DNA of 64,000 nucleotides from Candidatus Woesebacteria bacterium RIFCSPHIGHO2_02_FULL_42_20 (lineage in GTDB: Bacteria > Patescibacteriota > Microgenomatia > UBA8517), in contig MGGS01000001.1 of the NCBI GenBank assembly GCA_001792535.1, positions 49,695-113,694 of the forward strand, read 5' to 3'. Under the pieces are notes generated by a model. It worked only from the letters and a program-made list of their open reading frames with translations. It was not told the origin of the DNA and made no database searches. How positions within the stretch are numbered: the first letter of the stretch is position 1; every line of letters begins with the position of its first letter. This document shows positions 30,241 to 39,414 of this stretch, piece by piece. The position numbers and the translations under genes were made by a program.

Positions 30241-30606
30241 ATGGCAATTATTACAACACATAAAGAAGTACAGTTTGGTGTTGGGGACGCTGTCGTTGTC
30301 CATTTAGCAATTCAGGAAGGAGGCCAGTCTGCGCAAGCAGGCAAAACCCGCACCCAAGTTTTTGAAGGGACAGTAATCTCCATCAAAGGCAGAGGCCGAG
30401 GGAAATCGTTCACTGTACGGCGAATCGGTTCAGCGAAGGTCGGGATCGAAAGAATTTTTCCGCTTGTGTCCAACGCTATCGAGAAAGTGGTTGTCAAAAG
30501 GCGTGGCCGGGAAGGTGTTAGGCACGCCAAACTTTACTATATTAGGGAGAAACCTAAGAAGGAAATTGAAAAAATATATAGCAGGGCTTCAAGACGTGCG
30601 TTATGA
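30241..30606 (+). CDS. rplS: 50S ribosomal protein L19
   Basis: [15 protein letters not shown]...[17 protein letters not shown]. Confidence 0.96.
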   Translation: MAIITTHKEVQFGVGDAVVVHLAIQEGGQSAQAGKTRTQVFEGTVISIKGRGRGKSFTVRRIGSAKVGIERIFPLVSNAIEKVVVKRRGREGVRHAKLYYIREKPKKEIEKIYSRASRRAL

Positions 30607-30640
30607 TATTCGGGGTAAACTTTTCTGATATACTTGGTTA

Positions 30641-31135
30641 ATGATAATTGTCGGCATCGATCCGGGAACTGCGACGACAGGTTGGGGAGCGATCGAGGTA
30701 AATGGTAAGGGTTTACTTCTTCGTGGTTTCGGCTTAATAGAAACAGACAAAGAACTTCTTGCACAAGAACGGCTTTTTGGAATTTATACGGGCATGAATA
30801 CTTTACTTAGGGAAATGAAACCCGACGTTCTAGCCATTGAAAAGCTTTTTTTTGCTACAAATGCGAAAACGGCAATTCGGGTAGGCCAAGCTCAGGGTGT
30901 AATGCTTTTGTCAGCGGCTACGGCAAAAGTTCCTGTCTTTGAATATGCCCCCGGAACCATTAAAAAGGCTATAGCAGGCGACGGCAAGGCGGACAAGAAG
31001 TTAATTCAAGCATCTGTTCGAAAGGTCTTAGGTGGGAAAGTCCGGAGCGGGAAACACAAGAAAACACATTTTGACAATTCTGCTGATGCTTTGGCCGTTG
31101 CTCTGTGTCATATATACATTGAAAGACTAGTTTGA
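30641..31135 (+). CDS. ruvC: Holliday junction resolvase RuvC
   Basis: GIDPG, AIEKLFF, DNSADALAVA. Confidence 0.96.
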   Translation: MIIVGIDPGTATTGWGAIEVNGKGLLLRGFGLIETDKELLAQERLFGIYTGMNTLLREMKPDVLAIEKLFFATNAKTAIRVGQAQGVMLLSAATAKVPVFEYAPGTIKKAIAGDGKADKKLIQASVRKVLGGKVRSGKHKKTHFDNSADALAVALCHIYIERLV

Positions 31136-31164
31136 AGGTTGCGGGGTGGAAGGGGGTGATACTT

Positions 31165-31413
31165 TTGAATTTTAAGGTAGGAAATGTTACCCATTATTAC
31201 GACAAAATAAAAGTGGCGGTCGTAGAATTGTCCGGCGACCTGGCGGTTGGCGAAAAGGTAAAGTTTGTCCGTGGTGGTGAGGACTTGTTTGAGCAAAATC
31301 TGGATCAGATGCAGATGGAACACAAAAAAATCACTTTGGGCAAAAAAGGTGAAATCGTAGCCATCAAGACGGACAAGGAGGTGAAAGCCGGTGCAGAGGT
31401 TTTTAAAATATAA
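31165..31413 (+). CDS. Small beta-barrel protein (U32 peptidase C-terminal/EF-Tu domain-II-like)
   Basis: VGNVTHYYDKIKVAVVEL; TTG start with SD AAGGGGGTGA. Confidence 0.75.
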   Translation: MNFKVGNVTHYYDKIKVAVVELSGDLAVGEKVKFVRGGEDLFEQNLDQMQMEHKKITLGKKGEIVAIKTDKEVKAGAEVFKI

Positions 31414-31801
31414 AGGAAAGTTTAGTGTTACCTCAAACGCAAACCTTAAAATTCGGATTACAAAACTTGCAAGAAGTTTGGCGCTTGGTTGGCTAGATAC
31501 GAACAGAATTTATGCGGTTAGTTCGGTAAATTCCCGGTCAAGTGCAGTTGCGCGAATTTGGGGGTTGAGTAAAATTTGGCAAGAGACTCTGGGGACAGGC
31601 CCGGCATACATAATCGAAACCGTCTCGGAAAAGTTTGACAAATTAAGCGACGGTCAGAAAGATGAGGTTGTTCTGCATGAAATAACCCATATTCCCCATA
31701 ACTTTTCCGGTGCACTTTTGCCCCATACGCGACGAGGTAAAAGTAATTTTCACAAAAAGTTAGACAGGCTAATAGCCAGTTACAGAAAGAATAAACGCTA
31801 A
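31391..31801 (+). CDS. Putative metallopeptidase (HExxH); start uncertain
   Basis: ARIWGL, SEKFDKL, VLHEITHIP. Confidence 0.75.
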   Translation: MQRFLKYKGKFSVTSNANLKIRITKLARSLALGWLDTNRIYAVSSVNSRSSAVARIWGLSKIWQETLGTGPAYIIETVSEKFDKLSDGQKDEVVLHEITHIPHNFSGALLPHTRRGKSNFHKKLDRLIASYRKNKR

Positions 31802-32470
31802 ATGAAAATAGTAGTTATTCATGGTGAAGATAATGTTAAGTCCAGAAACCGGCTTGAAGAGGTTTTGACACGAGTTAAGTATAAAGGCTACGATCTTATA
31901 AAGGTTGCCGGCAAGAAAGTAAATTTAACTGAAACCACCCGTGCGCAATCGCTTTTTGGGCAAAAACAGCTGTTTGTTCTCGATGAGCCGGACGTAGCTG
32001 ATTTTGGAGAATTTATTAAAGATCAAGGTGAAATAAGCGACGCAAGTATAATTGCTTATTTTGGCAAAGAAGTCGGGAGGCTCACTTTGAAATATTTACC
32101 CAAAGGTGCCAAGGTGGAAAAATTTGATATCCCGCATAAACTTTGGGCTTTTTTGGATTCCTTTTACCCGGGAAATGGCCAAGCGTCGTTAAGAATATTG
32201 CACGAGGCACTGGTCGGCAACCCCATTGAGATGATTCTTGCACTACTTGCACGGCACGTCAGGGACCTGTATTGGGTGGCAAGCGAGCCCAAAACTTTTT
32301 CGAGCCCCCCCTGGAGAGTAAGTAAGTTAAAACGGCAGGCAGATAAATTTTCCAAAAAGCACCAGCAAAAAGTTACAGCTTTTTTGGCCCAAGCCGACTT
32401 TAAGTCAAAAACCGGCCAGGCCGATTTACTCACCTCCCTTGACCTCCTGATAATTAAGGAATTAGAATGA
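31802..32470 (+). CDS. holA: DNA polymerase III delta-like subunit (short)
   Basis: IHGED, SLFG, PPWRVSKL, ADFKSKTG. Confidence 0.65.
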   Translation: MKIVVIHGEDNVKSRNRLEEVLTRVKYKGYDLIKVAGKKVNLTETTRAQSLFGQKQLFVLDEPDVADFGEFIKDQGEISDASIIAYFGKEVGRLTLKYLPKGAKVEKFDIPHKLWAFLDSFYPGNGQASLRILHEALVGNPIEMILALLARHVRDLYWVASEPKTFSSPPWRVSKLKRQADKFSKKHQQKVTAFLAQADFKSKTGQADLLTSLDLLIIKELE

Positions 32471-32476
32471 CAGCAC

Positions 32477-33904
32477 ATGGATTACATCGATCCTTTGTTT
32501 AGCGATAATATCTTTAGGGGATATGACATTAGAGGAAAGGTACCGGAAGAGTTAAATATTGATGGCGCATATATTATTGGGAGAGCTTACGGCACCTTTT
32601 TGTCTCGTCGTAGAATAAATGAGGCTGTTGTCGTCCAAGATAATAGAACAACTTCAGAAGAACTAAAAAAAGCGATTGTCGATGGTTTGTTGGAATCAGG
32701 AATAAATGTTATAGATCATGGCTTGGGAATGTGCTATTTCATGTACTTTTCGCAGTATTACTATCAAAGTAAAGGGGGTGTTTCGGTAAGCGCTTCGCAT
32801 AATCCCAAGGAATACAACGGTTTCAAACTAGCTGTTGGGTTTTCGGACACAATGATTTCGGAAGAAATTCAAGAACTAAAGAAATTGGCAAAGTCTGGAC
32901 AGTTTATAAAACCTAAAGAAAAAGGTAGATATAGGCAAGAGGAAATATTTGAAGTCTACAAAAAAGATCTATATAAAAGAATGCCCGTCAAGCTTGACTT
33001 TAAAATCGTTATCGACGGCGGTAACTGCACACCTGGAAAGTTTATGCCAGCCTTACTGCGTGACATTGGATGCACTGTAGTTGAGCAAAATACCCTGCTT
33101 GACGGCAGGTTTCCGCTTGGGACTCCGGATCCAACAGAGAGAGAGTATGTGGAAAGACTAGCAGAAGGTGTCAGAAAGAATAAAGCAGAGATGGGATTTT
33201 GCTATGATCCAGACGGCGATAGGATCGGAGTTGTCGATGAGGACGGTAGTTTGCTTTGGAACGACAACCTAGTTTCGATATTTGCTTTGGATATTTTAGA
33301 ATTTCAGCCAGGTGCTAAAATTATTTTTAACAACCTTTGTTCTAAGCAGGTTACAGACGTAATAAACACAAAGGGAGGTAAACCGGTTATGTGGCTTACC
33401 GGCCACTCATTTATTAAAGCTAAATTAAAAGAGGAAAGAGCGCTTTTCGGCGGTGAGCTTTCTGGGCACTTTTTCTTTATGGATAATTTTTATGGTCATG
33501 ACGATTGTGCGTTTGCAACATTAAGACTTTTAAACTATCTGAAAAGAGTTGGTAAAAGTTTGAAGAAAGTGGTTTCTGGCCTTCCTCGTTATGTTTCAAG
33601 CCCTGAAATAAAGTTGGGGCTTGAGGACAAAATCAAGTTTGATTTTGTAAAAAACGTGATCAGTAAGGAATTTAAGGAAATGTACAAAAATGCTGATTTT
33701 GTTGAAATTGACGGCGTTCGTATGGATGATAAGGATACTATGGCAGTCATACGTGCGAGCCAGAATGGTCCATACATCACCATTAAATTCGAGGGCAAAA
33801 CGCAGGAACAATATGACGAACTTAAAAAAGAGTTGGGAGACCTGCTCCATTCACACAAAGAAATAAAGTGGGATACAGGTGTTAATGTTCACGCTTTTGA
33901 CTAA
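32477..33904 (+). CDS. Phosphomannomutase/phosphoglucomutase
   Basis: FRGYDIRG, SASHNP, DPDGDR, GELSGH. Confidence 0.93.
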   Translation: MDYIDPLFSDNIFRGYDIRGKVPEELNIDGAYIIGRAYGTFLSRRRINEAVVVQDNRTTSEELKKAIVDGLLESGINVIDHGLGMCYFMYFSQYYYQSKGGVSVSASHNPKEYNGFKLAVGFSDTMISEEIQELKKLAKSGQFIKPKEKGRYRQEEIFEVYKKDLYKRMPVKLDFKIVIDGGNCTPGKFMPALLRDIGCTVVEQNTLLDGRFPLGTPDPTEREYVERLAEGVRKNKAEMGFCYDPDGDRIGVVDEDGSLLWNDNLVSIFALDILEFQPGAKIIFNNLCSKQVTDVINTKGGKPVMWLTGHSFIKAKLKEERALFGGELSGHFFFMDNFYGHDDCAFATLRLLNYLKRVGKSLKKVVSGLPRYVSSPEIKLGLEDKIKFDFVKNVISKEFKEMYKNADFVEIDGVRMDDKDTMAVIRASQNGPYITIKFEGKTQEQYDELKKELGDLLHSHKEIKWDTGVNVHAFD

Positions 33905-34707
33905 TGACAGTAGATAAACTTAAGGACTATTTATCTTTCTGTGAACGACTAGCAATAAGTGCAGGTGAAATCCTTATAAAAGAGAAGTCTACATTTAAGG
34001 TCACCAGTCAAAAAGATAGACAGGACATAGCGACGTCGGCTGATTTAACTTCAGAAAAGTTTATTGTTTCTTCCATTGTAAAGTCTTACCCTTCTCATAA
34101 TATCTATTCCGAAGAAATTGGTAAGATGGACAAATCTTCTGACTTTGAATGGGTGATCGATCCTCTGGATGGAACTAAAGAATTTGTAAGAGACGTACCC
34201 CTTTTTAATTGCTCGATTGCTTTGACTTATAAAAAAGAACCCATTGTTTCTGCTATTTTTAGACCGATTCAAAATGAGCTTTACAGCGCGGCCAAGAATA
34301 TAGGGAGCTTTTTTAACGGCAAGAAGATAAGCGTGTCTAATGTGTCAAACCTTAAAGACTCGTTTGTATATTGCTATTTACCTTCGTATTACAGACACCC
34401 GGGTGGGTACGATAAAGCGTGGAAAAAACTTGGCAGATTAGGGAAAAAGGTATATCGTTTAAGGTCACTTGCAGATGAAAACACTGCGATTTGCTGGCTG
34501 GCGAAGGGTGGCTGTGAGGCATATCTTAATATTAGTAATCCGCCAAGTATTTATGATGTATTACCTGGAATTCTAATTGCGAAAAATGCAGGAGCAGTTG
34601 TTTTTGGCGCTCAGGGCGAAGAACTAACAACAGACATGTTTGGAGCAATCTTAATAGCAAACAATGCTGATATTCGTGATGCGATTATTGACATAGTAAG
34701 TGGTTGA
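33904..34707 (+). CDS. Inositol monophosphatase/FBPase (FIG superfamily)
   Basis: SEE, WVIDPLDGT, YDVLPG. Confidence 0.88.
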   Translation: MTVDKLKDYLSFCERLAISAGEILIKEKSTFKVTSQKDRQDIATSADLTSEKFIVSSIVKSYPSHNIYSEEIGKMDKSSDFEWVIDPLDGTKEFVRDVPLFNCSIALTYKKEPIVSAIFRPIQNELYSAAKNIGSFFNGKKISVSNVSNLKDSFVYCYLPSYYRHPGGYDKAWKKLGRLGKKVYRLRSLADENTAICWLAKGGCEAYLNISNPPSIYDVLPGILIAKNAGAVVFGAQGEELTTDMFGAILIANNADIRDAIIDIVSG

Positions 34708-34738
34708 TGAGAAGGACATTTAGATCTACTATAAAATA

Positions 34739-35809
34739 GTGAGTGTCTTAGACGATCTTCAATATATAAATAAATTAGACAAAAGTAATGTTTATGGGTC
34801 TGTTGTGGCTCTGGCGGACCAGATTAAAGATGCGTGGACGTCGGTCAATAAATTAGAGCTTCCCAAAGAGTGTGCTTTGGCAAAAAACGTTGTCTTAGCA
34901 GGCATGGGGGGGTCGGCACTCGGCGGCCGGGTGGTTAAGTCCCTTGCCGGGGACCGCCTGAGGGCACCTTTTGAAGTTGTCAACGATTATCATCTGCCGG
35001 CATATGTGGGCAAAGATTCCCTAGTTATACTTTCTTCATACTCTGGCACAACTGAAGAAGTCCTTAGTTGCGGGAATCAAGCTCTGTCTAAGCAAGCTGG
35101 GATATTTGTTATCGCCACGGGTGCAAAACTTCAAGCCTTTGCTCAGGAAAACTCCCTGCCGGGTTACATAATTGATCCCAGATTCAACCCCTCAAATCAG
35201 CCCCGAATGGCCGTGGGTTATGCAATAGTTGCCGTACTCGCCCTGCTTGCCCGCTGCGAGTTTATTTATTTAAGACAAGACGAGATGAAGAACGTAGAAA
35301 GTACGGTAAGGGGCTTCATACAAGAATTTATAATCGAAGTTGGCGAGAAAGACAATTTGGCAAAAAAGATAGCCGCTAGACTAAGGAACAAAATGGCAAT
35401 ACTTGTGGCTAGTGAGCATCTGGTCGGCGCTGCCCACGTCTTTAAAAATCAACTAAACGAAAACTCCAAAACTTTCTCGGCTTTGTTTGAGCTCCCCGAA
35501 CTCAATCACAACCTGATGGAGGGTTTGAGAAATCCTGCAGAGGCCAAACGTTTTTGGCACTTTTTATTTTTTGAGTCGGATAGCTACTTTGAATCTGTGA
35601 GTAAGCGCTATAAAATTACTGAAGATGTGGTTAATAGGAATGAAGTCGGTTTTAGTGTCTATAAATTAAGGAGCCCGGACAAGCTTGAGCAGATATTTGA
35701 ACTCATAACTTTGGGATCCTTCATTAACTTCTATCTCGCCATGCTTTACGGTATTGACCCGGCGCCGATTAAGTGGGTCGATTATTTCAAGCAAGAGCTT
35801 TCAGTGTAG
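34739..35809 (+). CDS. Bifunctional phosphoglucose/phosphomannose isomerase (SIS)
   Basis: GMGGSALGG, SSYSGTTEE, QLNENSK, PELNHN. Confidence 0.9.
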   Translation: MSVLDDLQYINKLDKSNVYGSVVALADQIKDAWTSVNKLELPKECALAKNVVLAGMGGSALGGRVVKSLAGDRLRAPFEVVNDYHLPAYVGKDSLVILSSYSGTTEEVLSCGNQALSKQAGIFVIATGAKLQAFAQENSLPGYIIDPRFNPSNQPRMAVGYAIVAVLALLARCEFIYLRQDEMKNVESTVRGFIQEFIIEVGEKDNLAKKIAARLRNKMAILVASEHLVGAAHVFKNQLNENSKTFSALFELPELNHNLMEGLRNPAEAKRFWHFLFFESDSYFESVSKRYKITEDVVNRNEVGFSVYKLRSPDKLEQIFELITLGSFINFYLAMLYGIDPAPIKWVDYFKQELSV

Positions 35810-35852
35810 GTTAACCATTTGCCATTTTGGATTTGCCAATTATAATGAATTT

Positions 35853-38132
35853 ATGACTGCCCCGAAAATAGTAGAGGAATTTAGCCGCCTGGGTAAAAGT
35901 GATACCGAGATTGTCGGTGGCAAAGGCGCAAATCTAGGAGAGATGACAAAAGCAGGTTTTCCGGTGCCTCCAGGTTTTTGCGTCACAGTGACCGCTTACG
36001 ACATGTTCCTAGCAGAAAATGATATAAGTGAGGGGATTTATCAGATTCTTGGGAAAATAAATGTCGAAAATACCGATGAGCTGACTTCGGCGACTGCTTC
36101 TATTCAAAGGCTTATAAAAAGCTCGCCGGTTCCCAAAGAAGTGGCCCATGAAGTTGTGAAGCACTACAAAAAGCTCTCCGGCGTGTTTCAGCATGCATTG
36201 GTAGCCGTACGGTCATCTGCTACCGCGGAAGACATGCCGGGGACATCGTTTGCCGGCCAGCAGGCCACCTTTTTGAATGTCAAAGGCGAGGCGAATTTGA
36301 TGGAAGCTGTTCGTGGTTGCTGGGCGTCTTTGTTTACTGCCCGATCCGTCTACTATCGAGTGCAGAATAAAATCCCGCACACGAAAGTAAAAATTGCCGT
36401 AGTTGTTCAAAAAATGGTCCAGTCCCAGGTCTCGGGCGTGATGTTTACCGTTGACCCTGTGACTAATGCCAAGGACAGAATCGTTATCGAAGCTGTTTGG
36501 GGTTTAGGTGAGTATATCGTCCAAGGGGCTGTAATCCCCGATCATTTTGTGGTTCAAAAGGACACTTATGATATTTTGTCTAAAGAAATCTCCAATCAAA
36601 AGGTTCAATTGATTCGTGTCGGTACCGATACCAAAGAACAGGCAGTGCCGTCTGCAAAAATAGATCTGCAAAAAATAACCGACGCCGAAGTGGTCAAATT
36701 GGCCAAATATGCCCAAGCACTTCAGAAGCATTATTACTATCCCCAAGACATAGAGTGGGCAAAAGAAACCGGCAAGCTTTATATTGTGCAGACCAGACCA
36801 ATTACAACATTAAGTCAGAAATCAAAAACCGAGAGCCAAAAGTTTGGCGGTGGCGAAGTTAAAACTTCAACTACGCCGATTTTAACAGGAGCCGGAGCTT
36901 CGCCCGGAATTGCAACCGGCGTAGTGAGAATAGTAAAAAACCCGAAAGAAATTAATAAAGTTGCTTCCGGCGATATTTTGGTCGCTCCGATGACAAGTCC
37001 CGACTTTGTTCCCGCAATGAAGAAAGCAATGGGGATAGTGACGGATGAAGGCGGACAGACAAGCCATGCTGCCATCGTTTCACGGGAGCTGGGAGTCCCC
37101 TGTGTGGTCGGGACAAAAGAGGCAACTAAAAAGCTCAAAGATGGTGATGTCGTCACCGTTGACGGCAGGGCAGGCTACGTGTATGCGGGAGCGGAAATTA
37201 AGACGGAACTGAGTCAAAAGAAACAGGACTTTAAAAAGTACGAGTCGCTAAAAACCGCGACCAAGCTTTACATCAACTTGGCAGAAGTAGAGCGGGCCAA
37301 GGAGTTGGCCAAACTTAATGTTGAGGGAGTAGGCTTGCTTCGAGCCGAGTTTATGATTGCAAATATCGGTTTACACCCCAAAGAGGCCATTAAGAATAAA
37401 AAGCGTGACCACTTTGTCGCCAAACTTGCAAAGGACATAGAAGTTTTCTGTAAAAGTTTTTACCCGCGGCCCGTTGTCTACCGCTCGACTGATTTTAAAA
37501 CCAATGAATACAAGTCTCTTCCGGGTGGTGCTAAATGGGAACCTGATGAGAGCAATCCGATGCTTGGTTACCGCGGCGCCTTTCGCTATATAGCCGACCC
37601 CGAAGTTTTTACACTGGAACTTGACGCAATAAAGGCGGTCCGCGAAAAATACAACAACTTGTGGTTGATGATCCCGTTTGTGCGTTCCCCGGAGGAACTT
37701 TTACGCGTTCGCCGCATTGTTGCAAGCAACGGCCTTTTTGAGTCTTCTTCCTTCAAGTTTTGGATGATGGTAGAAATTCCGGTAAATGTAATTTCGATAG
37801 AAGACTTCATTAAGGTAGGCATCGACGGCGTGTCAATTGGCGCCAACGACCTGACAATGTTGGTTACTGGCACCGACCGCGACAACGCCGACGTCGCTTC
37901 GGCATTTAACGAAAGAAGTAAAGCTGTTATATGGTCGATTAAACGAACCATCAAGCATTGCCTTGATCAGGGTGTCACTTGTTCAATTTGTGGGCAAGCG
38001 CCGTCCGTTTATGACGACTTGGTCGAAACATTAGTCAAAACTGGAATAACAAGCATTTCTGTTAACCCAGACGCGGTGGGAAGAGTGCGAAAAGTGATTT
38101 CCCAAACAGAGCGAGAAATAATAAAAGGTTAA
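35853..38132 (+). CDS. ppsA: Phosphoenolpyruvate synthase (pyruvate, water dikinase)
   Basis: GGKGANLGEM, AVRSSATAED, TSHAAIVSRE, ICGQ; ATG 6 nt after TATAAT. Confidence 0.95.
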   Translation: MTAPKIVEEFSRLGKSDTEIVGGKGANLGEMTKAGFPVPPGFCVTVTAYDMFLAENDISEGIYQILGKINVENTDELTSATASIQRLIKSSPVPKEVAHEVVKHYKKLSGVFQHALVAVRSSATAEDMPGTSFAGQQATFLNVKGEANLMEAVRGCWASLFTARSVYYRVQNKIPHTKVKIAVVVQKMVQSQVSGVMFTVDPVTNAKDRIVIEAVWGLGEYIVQGAVIPDHFVVQKDTYDILSKEISNQKVQLIRVGTDTKEQAVPSAKIDLQKITDAEVVKLAKYAQALQKHYYYPQDIEWAKETGKLYIVQTRPITTLSQKSKTESQKFGGGEVKTSTTPILTGAGASPGIATGVVRIVKNPKEINKVASGDILVAPMTSPDFVPAMKKAMGIVTDEGGQTSHAAIVSRELGVPCVVGTKEATKKLKDGDVVTVDGRAGYVYAGAEIKTELSQKKQDFKKYESLKTATKLYINLAEVERAKELAKLNVEGVGLLRAEFMIANIGLHPKEAIKNKKRDHFVAKLAKDIEVFCKSFYPRPVVYRSTDFKTNEYKSLPGGAKWEPDESNPMLGYRGAFRYIADPEVFTLELDAIKAVREKYNNLWLMIPFVRSPEELLRVRRIVASNGLFESSSFKFWMMVEIPVNVISIEDFIKVGIDGVSIGANDLTMLVTGTDRDNADVASAFNERSKAVIWSIKRTIKHCLDQGVTCSICGQAPSVYDDLVETLVKTGITSISVNPDAVGRVRKVISQTEREIIKG

Positions 38133-38137
38133 TCTCA

Positions 38138-39403
38138 ATGAGCAAAATAAAAAAAGTCTGGGCAAGGCAAATTCTGGACTCACGTGCAAATCCGACGATT
38201 GAAGCTGCCTGTTTGCTGGATAGCGGAGCATACGTTGTCGCATCGGTCCCTTCGGGCGCGTCAACTGGTACTCACGAGGCTTTAGAATTACGCGACAACG
38301 ACCAGAAATACTATATGGGGAAAGGAGTTCTTAAAGCGGTTGAAAATGTCAATACTGTCTTGGCTGGCGCGGTTGTCGGCATGGACCCAAAAAAGCAGAT
38401 TGAGATAGACCAAAAAATAATTGCACTGGATGCGACGGCGAATAAAACTAAACTTGGTGCAAACGCAATTTTGGCTGTTTCAATCGTTGTGGCGAAAGCC
38501 GGTGCAGTCGACGCCGGTATGCGGCCCTACGATTGGTTTAGTGATTTGGCGAAGACGGTTGGCATCGCTGTAACCAAACGCATGCCGACACCTATGTTTA
38601 ATATGATAAATGGTGGTTTACATGGCGCCGGTAACCTTGATTTTCAGGAGTTTCATGTAATTCCGGCTACCTCCAGGCCGTTTAGCGAGGCCTTGCGCTC
38701 GGGTGTTGAAATTTATCATGGACTGGGTGAAACATTAGCCAAAAAAGGTGCTATTCATTCGGTCGGCGATGAAGGTGGTTATGCGCCGAACCTATTTACC
38801 AATGCCGACGCGCTTGAAATATTGATCGAGGCGATTAATTTTTCCAAATATAACTTGGGGCGTGAAGTCTTTCTCGGACTGGATGTCGCCGCAAGCACTT
38901 TCTATGATGGCGGCAATTATACCATTCGGGACAAATCTACCCAGTTGGATGAAAATGCTCTCATTGATTATTACAAAGCTCTTAATGACCAATATCATTT
39001 GGCTATACTCGAGGACCCACTTGAACAAGATCAATGGGGTGGTTGGTCAAAATTAACCGAAATGCTTGGCAAGACTATTACGATAGTTGGCGATGATTTA
39101 TTGGTAACAAATACCCAAAGAGTCCAAAAAGCGATCAAAGAAAAAGCATGCAACGCCATTTTAGTTAAACCAAATCAGATAGGAACATTAACAGAAACGC
39201 TAAATGTGGTAAAGCTGTCCAAAGATGCCGGTTTTAAAGTCATCGTCTCTCACAGGTCCGGCGAGACGAATGACTGGTTTATCGCCGACTTTGCAGTCGG
39301 CGTCGGCGCTGATTATGTGAAGTTTGGTGCCCCGGACAGAGGAGAGAGGGTTGCCAAATATAATCGCCTTTCCGCTATAGACTTAGAGCTTACGGCTGGT
39401 TAA
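38138..39403 (+). CDS. eno: Enolase
   Basis: VPSGASTG, GDEGG, KPNQIG, SHRSGET. Confidence 0.98.
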   Translation: MSKIKKVWARQILDSRANPTIEAACLLDSGAYVVASVPSGASTGTHEALELRDNDQKYYMGKGVLKAVENVNTVLAGAVVGMDPKKQIEIDQKIIALDATANKTKLGANAILAVSIVVAKAGAVDAGMRPYDWFSDLAKTVGIAVTKRMPTPMFNMINGGLHGAGNLDFQEFHVIPATSRPFSEALRSGVEIYHGLGETLAKKGAIHSVGDEGGYAPNLFTNADALEILIEAINFSKYNLGREVFLGLDVAASTFYDGGNYTIRDKSTQLDENALIDYYKALNDQYHLAILEDPLEQDQWGGWSKLTEMLGKTITIVGDDLLVTNTQRVQKAIKEKACNAILVKPNQIGTLTETLNVVKLSKDAGFKVIVSHRSGETNDWFIADFAVGVGADYVKFGAPDRGERVAKYNRLSAIDLELTAG

Positions 39404-39414
39404 ACTTCACTCAG

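Noticed and set aside
35754-35852. Longer TTG start for ppsA
   Set aside because: Overlaps PGI/PMI and a promoter-like TATAAT; homology begins near 35853
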